This document shows positions 12,801-22,491 of a stretch of 33,832 nt of DNA, piece by piece; within the stretch, counting starts at the first letter, position 1; each line of letters starts with the position of its first letter. Location: positions 1 to 33,832 of the forward strand of contig JAAPAO010000388.1 of the NCBI GenBank assembly GCA_013115145.1, written 5' to 3'. The notes beneath the pieces were generated by a model, which saw only the letters and a program-made list of their open reading frames with translations, had not been told where the DNA came from and made no database searches. Origin of the DNA: Perkinsus chesapeaki ATCC PRA-425. Taxonomy: Eukaryota; Protista; Perkinsozoa. A program made the translations under genes and the position numbers.

Positions 12801-13748
12801 TCACCAACGAATGCATGATGTAAAATATAGCTAATAGGAAAGTAGCAGAACTCTCAAAATTGGCCGAGAAATGAAAATCCTAGTGATTTCGTGAGAAGGC
12901 AATCACCTGTTGAGAGTCGGGTTTATTACATTCTTAAATATATCGGTTAGACCTTCCTTTATAGCGACGGCAACCTCCTCGATGGAAATCGATGTATTAA
13001 GGGGATATACCTGAAGTTGAGTAGGATACGTTAATAAGAGGACGGAGCGGTATGACCATATAGGATACGTTAATAAGAGGAGGGGGCGGTATGACCATAT
13101 AGGATACGTTAAGGGAAGGGAGCGGTATGACCATATAGGATACGTTAAGGGAAGGGAGCGGTATGACCATATAGGATACGTTAATAAGAGGAGGGAGCGG
13201 TATGACCATATAGGATACGTTAAGGGAAGGGAGCGGTATGACCATAAAGGATACGTTAAGGGAAGGGAGCGGTATGACCATATAGGATACGTTAAGGGAA
13301 GGGAGCGGTACGATGATGTTCACATATATAAGTAACCCATACTAATTGTGTGATATTATTTACGAGCTAGGTATTACTGCATCCCGCAGACCATTGATGA
13401 TTACTCTAAAAGGCCCTATTTATATAATAGTTCACTCCCGGGAAACCTTCTGATTAAAACCAGACGGGTCAATGTTTTACAAACAAAAGCTTTAATGAGG
13501 AAATCGGGAATCGGCAAGTCTCCCTATTCTACTGCATTTTGCTAGTTCTAAACATCAAAGGCACCATTAAGAAAAACTCTATAAACAAACTAACAGTGCA
13601 CAAGGTAGAAAGATACGTGACATCAATAGGTGCTTCCGATCTTATTAAAGAGCAATAATCTCCCTTTTACCTCGACTGGCAAGTCCTTTGGTTCCAGTTT
13701 GCCCACAGCTCCAAAAACATCGTCGAAGCTGTCCTGTTCAACTGACAT
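9848..13748 (-). CDS. C11orf54: C11orf54/PTD012-like (DUF1907) zinc ester hydrolase, ~10+ exons; 5' end tentative
   Basis: Spliced exons give 'ISIEEVAVAIKEGLTDIFKN|VKVGVVDCPDLREAPF', 'VVDCGGVALLYPKVDLTKEYDMRQIA', 'HILGAGS', 'PGKVLRVRAGARM', 'LGMGGVVLVRKG|KVMIHVMHDF', 'DLDLRDIHTHGFNDKMAGHYHYDTTPLRVE|YECYLQLADSIYRVDRAP'. This includes the HxH...H zinc motif. Verified introns: 9981-10025, 10135-10191, 10315-10645. Stop at 9848-9850. The first exons (13748-13380) are inferred only. Confidence 0.85.
10154..10191 (-). other. tRNA 3'-half-like sequence (Asp-like) forming the 5' end of intron 10135-10191
   Basis: Minus strand reads gtaa-gcgaa-tcac-ccggg-ttcgatt-cctgg-tcggggc-g: anticodon stem, variable loop, paired T-stem with canonical TTCGA loop, 7-nt acceptor strand and G discriminator. 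Confidence 0.6.
10470..10621. repeat. AT-rich intronic minisatellite, 4 x 38 bp
   Basis: Unit ttattacttattaagtttataccgacttaatatcaaag at 10470, 10508, 10546 and 10584, inside intron 10315-10645. Confidence 0.95.
13022..13310. repeat. Minisatellite, ~7.8 copies of mixed 39-bp and 36-bp units
   Basis: Units taggatacgttaataagaggagggagcggtatgaccata (39, L) and taggatacgttaagggaagggagcggtatgaccata (36, S) in order L L S S L S S S(partial). Lies just inside the acceptor (13011) of a probable DUF1907 intron. Confidence 0.95.
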
Positions 13749-14556
13749 TATAACGATTAAAAACCCCTGCAAAAAGAATTTCGAATCTTTTCGGCTCAGT
13801 TCCGATATCATAGCAAATCATTCGGCTTGATTTCTGTATCATACTTGATCGGTTTGAACACCGATAGATCGTCTCTGCGTTTATTTTTCGCCTAACTCGG
13901 CTAGTCGACCATAGAATCGCACTTTGCTCGCAAAAGCAGCCTATTGGAATTTAAAACTTCCATTTTGAAGGATTTTACTGTTCAGCTGCCAGACAAGAAT
14001 CGAACTTCTTGGGCAACGTCTTATCGTTCGGAATTTCTCAATGACCCGAAACTAGCGAAGCCGAGAAAACGTCGCATCAACCTAAGATTCTCCAAGTAAG
14101 CAAGATTTGCTTGAGACGCAAGCCCAAGGCGAAGATGGGGACGGTTTTCATCGCAGTGGGAATACCACGCAAACTATCCTCTCCGATGCCTTAATTCTTC
14201 GAGAACAAATTCGAAAAATGGTCGAGAAGTGGAGCTCCGTTTCACGTCGACTCTTGTTGACCAGCCACTTTGTTACTAGCCACGCACTTCACCGCTTTAT
14301 GTACCCTCTCTTGCGAACTGGAGTTCACTACTCGTCCCTTACGCGATTGCTTCCTTTGGCGTATCTTTTGAATATCTTCTCAAGCAACTCTTGAAATAGG
14401 TCTGAAAGCGCGGTTATGTGGGCTCTTGTTGAGGTTTGTAGGTTCGAGTCCAACGCTGCCGGTTCCCAGTTCAGTTGCACTGGTATTCACTTACTTGTAG
14501 AGGGTGCTTGCTGAGCTCCCTTATCACTCTTGGCTTTATAGTTCGCGTCCGATCGC

Positions 14557-16059
14557 ATGTCTCTGCTGCGAAAGAGGACTGATTCTCTTTCCTCGGCATC
14601 ATCATCAGCTGCTGGTCCCTCAAGTCGGTCGAGGCAGGCTTCCATCAGCAGCATTCTCGGCCTGGCTACACCGTTCCCAGTTGTCGAGCTCTTGCCTGGA
14701 AGGTTCTACTTCACCGTAGCAGAAGGCAGCTTCCTTGCGGTCAACTCTGAGCAGCACGGTGGCTTCTCCTCTCGAAAGCCCCATGTTTTCACCATCGACC
14801 ATGAACTTGTTTATGATCCCTTTGCGATGGACTTTGGTCCGTTGAATCTTGGCATGATACACAGTTACATGGAGAAAGTAAGCCTTCTATACTATTCCGA
14901 GGACTAGGCCGCTGTGTCGGTATTTGCATTAAAAATATGTTTTTGATTCAAATCGGTATCTACGCTCTTCAGGTTCATTCGCTCATCCAAGGTCAACGGC
15001 GGCCTCTGGTTCACTATTGTTCAAGCGAACCGAGGAAGCGTAAGCCCGGGAATGACAGAACAAGCTGCATTTTCCCTTCAGGTTCCAACGCGGTATTTCT
15101 CGCTTGCGCGTATCTCGTCATTCACTGTAGCGTCCGGCCTCAGGAGGCTTTCTCCAGGATCGTCAATGGTGGCTATACTTCCTTTTTGCCATTTCGAGAC
15201 GCTACTAGCGGTCCTTGCTCCTACAAGTGCACGGTGAGTCCGGGGATTTTTTGTGGGGAGAAATCTCTTCGGGCAGATACTAGACTGTTTGGAAGGTCTT
15301 CACAGAGCGCGGCGTATTGGGTGGTATGTGCCGTCCCATTTTGATAAAGAGCAATACCAGTACTACGAGAAGGTCGAAAATGGCGACCTGAATTGGATCA
15401 TTCCCGGCAAGTTCCTAGCCTTTGCCGGACCCCATCCGAATCGGCATGATGCCCATGGATACTTGACGTTGATGCCGGAAGATTATTATGACGTTTTCAA
15501 GGATCTGGGCGTCACGCTGGTTATCAGGCTAAATAAAAAATCGTACGATCGATCGAGATTTACTGAAGGTGGATTCGCGCATGCTGATCTGTATTTTCCA
15601 GACGGCAGTTGTCCTCCTCAAAATATAATAAACTCATTTCTGTCTCTTTGTGAGAGCGCTCCCGGAGCCATCGCGGTGCATTGTAAGGCTGGCCTCGGGA
15701 GGACAGGCTCTCTGATTGGCATCTATGCGATGAAACACTATGGATTCCCGGCTCGAGCTTGGATCGGATGGAATAGGATTTGCCGGCCTGGCTCGGTTCT
15801 AGGGCCTCAACAACAGTTCTTGTGCGATATGGAACGTCTTGTTCTACGACGAGCGTCGTTGGATCGCTCCCCTAGCGAAACCCTGAAACCATTAAAAATT
15901 GATGTTAAGCTGAGTCAGCATGAGGCAAAGGAGGATACGGGGCAAGGCGAGCGGTTGACCAGCGCAAAGAAGACTGGTCAGTTGGCGAGGAGACTGAGCA
16001 ACTCCACGTCGCCCATCAATTCCTCCACAATACGTGGATTTTTCGGACGTGTTTTATGA
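14557..16059 (+). CDS. CDC14: CDC14 dual-specificity protein phosphatase, 440 aa; join(14557..14877,14973..15039,15082..15233,15277..16059)
   Basis: A-domain 'YDPFAMDFGPLNLGMI', 'FLPFRDATSGPCSYKCTILDCLEGL', 'YYEKVENGDLNWIIPGKFLAFAGP', catalytic 'HCKAGLGRTG' and 'RICRPGSVLGPQQQFL'. Three canonical introns restore the frame. Confidence 0.95.
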
Positions 16060-16561
16060 GGATCTTATTGGAGAAAGTCTTGATGTTTTAGAACTTGTCA
16101 GCAACAACAGCAACTCTGGCTTTAATACCATGCCATGGACGCTTTGCCGTCTTTATACGTGTTGATGGTGGCTCAACGTGTGCTGTTGTGTTGGCAGTAA
16201 GAATCATCAGCTCTTGTGAACCAGTGCTCAGGGTGATAGGCGAGTTGCGGTTCACCGCAATGGGAGACTGAGCAAAGTTTGCTCAGCAAACCCTATCCAC
16301 AAATAGTCCGTTTGTCGATCGATATCAATATGGTCGGTTTGCTGCACGTATGATGTGCGGGCGGGCTAACAGCATCAAGCATCAAGGAAAGATCCGAAAC
16401 TTGATCTCGAGCCTCGGATATAACTCAGAGCCCGAAGTCTTCGGTTTCATCAGCTTTCATAACATCTTCCTATATCTATTTCGCTAGGAAGTCTCTATTG
16501 TGACGCCTCAGTCTTTCGCTTGGCCGTAGCAGTTAGGAGACTCTTCAGTGTGTTTTTATTA

Positions 16562-19500
16562 ATGAAAGCTATTTTCGAACCATCGCTCCGCCTTGTCCCA
16601 GTTGTCGGATCGGACGCAGGCTTTCCGGTGAGGAGAGTCTATTGCATCGGGCGGAATTATGTCGAGCACGCTCTGGAGGTAAGCTCTGATATGGCTATAA
16701 TTACCCCCGTCCAGGATTCGTCCTCGTTTTGCTGCCCTCCTCAGATGAATGCCGATCCTATTCGAGAACCGCCCTTTTACTTCATGAAACCAAGTGACGC
16801 TGTGACGCCGTGTGTTAGTAGACAGGAGAGTGTCACGGAGGTGCCGTATCCTAAATGTGAGCCAGTGTAGGTTTGCCGGATATAATATGCTGTTGAAGCG
16901 CGAGCGTCACTTTTTTGACAACAAAAATTGAATCTTCACGGGATTCTTTTGCCTCTTGCCAATTCGGGTTAATGTCCTTATGTGGCAGTCTGTGGAATTC
17001 TGTGCGTTGACGGCTTCAATTCGAAGCCCAGTGTCTAATACGGTATTATACGGTATTAGTAATACCATTGGCTCGACGGTTAAGCGGACATTGATTACCA
17101 ATGGATTGGCTAATAGAATTCCGTCGTTGAGCTGGAGGGTGGAGAAGCCAGTACACAAGAAATAGTTATAATCTATTTTAAATTGACAACTTCACACAAT
17201 TCGAATGACGTATGGGATTTGCTAGTTCGCCCGGGCGAACCTCACGAGAAAGCGTAAGAGCGATACGGCAATACAAAATTGCTATTATAGCTCACGTAGT
17301 AGCTGGACTCACTAAGAAAGATTGTTCGGATTTTCCGAATCACAAAGAAGTGAAATCCAGTCGTTCTCCTCCGATAGTGATGTAAAGACTTGATATAGTT
17401 GTGAATACAACGTTAGTAGAGCCACTACGTCTCAACCCAAGCTGCGGGCACCAGAATCTGACGTACCTCGCAAACCGAGCGACCCTGTCACGGGGAGCCA
17501 ATTCGTAAGTCTCGAACTCTAGAGAGTCGCTCTTAACGAGATTGAATGATGTTCGAGGCACGGTTCTACGGCCACATGAAAGGTCCAATGTAGCACTGCC
17601 TTGATGCTGGGCGGTGAATACCATATTGACATCACTAGAGTGCTTTCCTAGGTAGATGTAGCGGCCCGCTTGTGGTGGGAGTGCACGCCTTACAAAATCG
17701 AGTCTTCTACCTTCGATAGTGACATAGAGTGAATCGTCAGTCGTGAAAGTTAGAGTTGTCAAGTCACCAGCTTTAATATTCAAACGCAGGTTTGCCAGCA
17801 GGAATCTGTACCACTCGTTGAGAGCTGTAAGACCGAGGTAATACACATTCGAACGTCCCGGGCTAAGGGGGGAGGTGAGGCGCCTCGCTGATGCGGCACC
17901 ATTGTCCGGGTCCGGGATGTCGATGAGTAAATAGACCATCCTGCTTGTGTAGTCGGGAATAATGAAATCGAGAGGGTACAGTATCTCGTGCCCGGAACTA
18001 TTGGCGCCGACGACGGAACCGCTGTAAAAACCTGGTGGCTGGGCCAAGGCTTTGAGCAACATTTGGGCAGCTACGACTGACCAAGTATATGAGAATATCA
18101 TGTTTTATTATGAAACCAAAAGCAATCAACCACTTAAATAATTGCCTTTCGCGGTATTTCAGCACTTCCGCCCGGGAACCCGGCTCTTGCGGGACAACAT
18201 TGGCTGGACTACTGGGACGAAGTGTATTGGAAATTCACTCTTACTGAGCATTACCCAATTTCTGACTTTTAGTACAAGGCTTGTAGTACGATGGATGATA
18301 GCAGTGACTGCTCAGCATTCACTTGAAAGCCCACTGGGCTTAGCCCAGGCTCATCGAACTCTCTCCTATCAGACAACGTCACGGTGGCGCGCCGTTTTGT
18401 GACGATGTCGCCTCTGCCGGGAGAAGTGCAGTGTCAAGACTGAAGGGATCTTGGTAAAGGGTCTCGTAAATCGGCTAGAATTAGATGTTCAGACCATATA
18501 TGACATATCACGTACACCATCAATGACCGCTGGCCACTGACCAGTTCGAAAACTGCATACCAAATTTTCCTATTCTCGTAGTGTGACGCGAAAGTCGCGT
18601 CGGGGCTGTCCCATTGTGACATCCGATGTCACACATCGTGGTGGTGAAGCGCATCGTTACAAAGTTGGTAACCTTTCTGATCCTGCTTGGCTCAGCAACA
18701 GTTCCACATTACCGAAATGTATCATCCGCATTGCGGTCCGCAATTTGCGGATTCCTCAACTGAATTAGCCCAATATGGTTGCAAGCCAGCGTATTAGGCT
18801 ATATCAGCTGTGCCACGGATATCATATCAGTGATATCGATATGATATCACTCAATAAGGCATCTAATACATGCCTTGTATTAGATGATTCTCGTTCTGAT
18901 AGCTCTCGCGAGGTACAAATGATGTTCATCACGAGGCAGAGCTCGTTGTATGTCTCGGTCCTGGCGCCAACAGCAGAATCTGTGAGGAGCTTAGCGATAC
19001 GGAGTTGCTTGCAAAGTGCATCGTTGGTTATGCTCTCGGAATTGACCTTACCAAGAGGGATGTGCAAGCGAAGGTGAGGAATAGGAGTTCCCAGCCTGCT
19101 GTATACTGTATCACTGAGTGTTTCATGCTTCCGACGAGTCATCAATGTAACCTCAGGCAAAGTCGATGCGGCGGCCGTGGGAAGAGTCCAAGGCATTCGA
19201 CCATTCTGCTCTTATAGGCCCGATCTACCCAATGGTCGGGGCCCTACCTTGGGATAGAGCTCTTCTCTGCCTCAAGTTAGTTCAGCCACAATGAGGCCTC
19301 GTGAATATAGCGTCTCGATATTAGGACAAACGGAGAAGTGAGACAGCAGTCTACCCTCGATAAGATGATATGGCCGGTAGTTGACATCATTAAGTACATT
19401 GCAGAAAGAAACGAAATTGCACCCGGTGATATGGTGAGTCCTCCGCTCGTTTATTCCACAAATATCTTCTACGCATCGCTCATTTCAGATATACACGGGC

Positions 19501-19632
19501 ACCCCAGCAGGCGTTGGGCAATTGAAGATCGGAGATTTGTGCGAAGTCGAGCTCGTTGATAAGGATGAGGCGAACACTCCTATCATCGCTGGAATTGAAT
19601 GTTCTATGAGATTGACCCAGTCTCTTCAATGA
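16562..19632 (+). CDS. Fumarylacetoacetate hydrolase (FAH)-family protein, FAHD1/fumarylpyruvate hydrolase type, 253 aa; join(16562..16678,16745..16856,18913..19073,19157..19275,19325..19433,19489..19632)
   Basis: Motifs 'VRRVYCIGRNYVEHALE', 'REPPFYFMKPSDA', 'VPYPKC|TNDVHHEAELVVCLG', 'GYALGIDLTKRDVQ', 'RPWEESKAFDHSA', 'NGEVRQQSTLDKMIW', 'PGDM|IYTGTPAGVG'. All introns are GT-AG and phase-consistent. Intron 2 is 2,056 nt. Confidence 0.9.
17340..18101 (-). CDS. Intronless secreted hypothetical protein (253 aa) with a duplicated domain, nested antisense in FAH intron 2
   Basis: Uninterrupted 762-bp ORF with signal-like 'MIFSYTWSVVAAQMLLKALAQ'. Internal repeat: 'LTTLTFTTDDSLYVTIEGRRLDF' versus 'STNVVFTTISSLYITIGGERLDF'. 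Confidence 0.75.
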   Translation of the reverse strand: MIFSYTWSVVAAQMLLKALAQPPGFYSGSVVGANSSGHEILYPLDFIIPDYTSRMVYLLIDIPDPDNGAASARRLTSPLSPGRSNVYYLGLTALNEWYRFLLANLRLNIKAGDLTTLTFTTDDSLYVTIEGRRLDFVRRALPPQAGRYIYLGKHSSDVNMVFTAQHQGSATLDLSCGRRTVPRTSFNLVKSDSLEFETYELAPRDRVARFARYVRFWCPQLGLRRSGSTNVVFTTISSLYITIGGERLDFTSL

Positions 19633-19987
19633 TCTCTTTCCTTTTCATTCAGTGTGTTTGTTGTCCGATAAATGCCATTACCGATAACATAAATTAGGCT
19701 CTCCCAGCCTGGAAAAGTTCCAGTGGAACGGAGTCCCAGGAACTCCCAGGACCGAGTTGTTTCCGGATTTTTTTGTGCGACGGATTATAAAACGCTACGC
19801 TCAGCATAGCTGCTATACTACTGTATAGCAAGTCATTAACTTGTATGCTATACAACTTTTTCCATTATCCACGGCCTGCAAGGGAACCTCTTCAAGAGAC
19901 TAGTATATAGTACAAACGGTACCATCATATCGGTCCCGTTTTGGGAGTCCTGACATGTACAGGGTATCTAAAATGCCAGGGGCGTAA

Positions 19988-20285
19988 ATTGCGCCGCGCA
20001 ATGGTAATGAATTATACACTATGAATAACGAGTCGTTATTAACGACACTGTCGTTACGACAGTGAGTCACTGGCAGCGACTATTAAATGAATATTATCCA
20101 TCAAGTGGCAAAGAAAATATAGGCTATTATAGCCTGGCTATAGTATAACCGCTATACTGTATAATCACCACTATCGAGAGTCTCAATCTAAGACTCATGT
20201 CACAGTGTGACACTGTCACTTGTAAGACTCATGTGACCGTCACAGTGACAGTCACATGAGTCTTACAAGTCACTTGTAACAAGTG
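19988..20285. repeat. Cluster of overlapping odd-centred palindromes plus a 20-bp inverted repeat
   Basis: Examples: aataacga-g-tcgttatt (20024-20040), cactgtcgt-t-acgacagtg (20046-20064), and acttgtaagactcatgtgac / gtcacatgagtcttacaagt (20218-20237 / 20251-20270). Confidence 0.9.
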
Positions 20286-21323
20286 CTATCGTCTCTATGA
20301 CTGCTGACTATCTCTCGCATTATGAATTTTGCATTATATCAAACGAAGTTTAGCGCGTGAAAAACGGCATCCACAAGGTGATCAACAGCAGCGTTTCAGC
20401 AACTATTAGTAGCTGAAACGCTTATCAGTAACGGTTATATCCACTGGATATTAGTCTAAGATCTACGCGATCTTCCCTCTCTACTGACTGAGAGCTTGCA
20501 GGCCTAGAAAACTTTTCTGATAACCTGTTGGACGAACTTCGTTCAACGAAGCAGATGTCCACAAACATGACTTTTCTCCCATTCGAGTCCATAGTCGTAA
20601 CCAGCCGATCGCACAGCCTGTAACCACAGAAGAACTCGACGATTTCATTGAAATCCAGACCCTCGGTTACCACAGGGGGCTTCTCAGTCAAGTCGTGCCC
20701 TCCACGTGGGGCCCTGGGCAACGCCTTGGTGATAACGCCTTGGCGGCTAACTAGTCTGCCCCGGGCAAACTGCCCCTCAGATCACCACCTAGTCGTTATG
20801 ACGCCAAGTAAGTCTATAGTCGTCAGAGTGGTTGCCGAAGATATACGATTCATCGTCCGCCTTGAGAATTGGGTCATGGGAGGAGATTGTCGGGATACCA
20901 ATGCCATTGGTATGATACTATCATACGATTAAAATCCGGGCTCTCCGCGACTGAGGGGTCGCCTGTCGGACCAAGTGGGGGTGAAGTTCTTCCAGTCAAA
21001 AAAAAACTCGCTGTGAACACCAGTGTCGGTACGACACCATTTTCAGACGATTTCCAAGGATGTCTGGCAAAGGCAACGCATTGAAGTACCTCGGCTATAG
21101 TTCTCGCAAACGGGCCCGACTCGGGCCGCCCGGGCCTTTCCGCTCAGGGAATTCGGGTTCAGGACTTCATTCGGGACCTCAACAGCTTCGGTTTACGGAA
21201 TCAACTTACCGCCGGTAACTTACCGGAACTTCACACAGAAAGTCTGGGGTCGGGTGAGTTCATCTCTGTTGAACAACTCCCACCGGGTTGGATACCCAAG
21301 ATCTGGGTGCCAGTTGTACCCTG

Positions 21324-21506
21324 GCAAGACTCGTCCGAGTCCCGAATAGAACCTCTCAGGACCATTAGTCAACCCCAACCCAGTTAGTCCCCGGGGCATC
21401 CGGCAAGTAGTATCCCGCCTATTCGGAGCTCGCAAGACTCGTCCGAGCCCGGGTAGAACCTTTCAGGACCATTAGTCAACCCCAACCTAGTTAGTCCCCG
21501 GGGCAT
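21324..21506. repeat. Imperfect direct repeat, 2 x ~75 bp
   Basis: gcaagactcgtccgag...gaccattagtcaaccccaacc(c/t)agttagtccccggggcat at 21324-21399 and 21432-21506. Confidence 0.9.
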
Positions 21507-21919
21507 TTCTAGGAAAAGGCACAAGAATTTCTTGTCAAGAAACCGCCTGGGCGACCGAGATTGGTTACTTGACATTTCACGACATACCTTGAATTACTTG
21601 AGTGTTAGCTGTAACCCTTCGCTCCGCCCTTGTGTTTGCGTGCACGGTGTTCTGAGCATTAGCTATATTTCATATTCCGTCTCACAAGCTCCTGCTGACC
21701 TTGTGTTCTGCGTACGAGTAAGAATACTGCAACATTAGCCAAATCTCGAAATCTTGCATTCTCACTATTCTTTACTAGATTATACTAGGACCTAGTAACT
21801 AGGTTATAGCTGACATGGCAGAATATCTGAATCTTATCCTTGTTCTGGATACACCACTCGACAGCAGGCTGCTGATAGCAGCTGTACTGGTATCTTGCGC
21901 TCTACTAATACGGTATTAG

Positions 21920-21980
21920 TCCAAATTTTGGACAACTGTTAGGGTATTAGTAATACCCTAACAGTTGTCCAAAATTTGGA
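21920..21980. repeat. Perfect 61-bp palindrome (30-bp arms, 1-nt centre)
   Basis: tccaaattttggacaactgttagggtatta-g-taataccctaacagttgtccaaaatttgga. Confidence 0.95.
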
Positions 21981-22491
21981 TAACTGTTGGAGTAACCAAT
22001 TCGGATTCCAAATTGGTTAACACAAGTCATATGTAATTTCCAGCGCAACGAGAGCAATGAAAAACTTTCATGCAAATGCAAGAGACTTGATTCCGAATCT
22101 TGCGCTCTTGTGTTTACCTCTCCATGATTCTAAAAACACAGAAATGCCCAATGGCCGTCACCCAATCACATACAACCTTTATAAATTGGTGTAACGCTTT
22201 TAGTATTCAATTGTAATTCCCATTGCTCAGTGGCTTGAGACTGAGCACTACAGAACAATCGCATAGAGTGCCCTAGAACGCCCATCTAAATGCCATTTAA
22301 CATGTCTCATTTACTATGGCAAGCAGCTCAGCACTGTGTTAGTCTCTTCACTGGCAATTATCATTCAGTTATCGAATATAATTCCTGTCAGCTAACCTGT
22401 CTTTGAGTATACATTCGAGTCACCTTGTTATTACGCTCGAGAAAAAAGCGAAATTGCTCGGGTATGTGATGATTTTCCCTCAGTGTTTGAT

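Noticed and set aside
13022-13310. CRISPR-like array (also considered for 10470-10621)
   Set aside because: Units are head-to-tail with no unique spacers, there are no cas genes, and the context is eukaryotic.
12997-13323. 108-aa repetitive ORF
   Set aside because: It is simply the translation of the 36/39-bp minisatellite inside a probable intron.
14436-14462. tRNA T-loop-like gtaggttcgagtccaac
   Set aside because: No A-box, D-arm or acceptor pairing upstream. Too short to call, though it could be another tRNA relic.
20425-21575. Short ORFs on both strands (20425-20721, 20648-20932, 21220-21575)
   Set aside because: They overlap palindrome chains and a direct repeat, with no domain or splice-consistent model.
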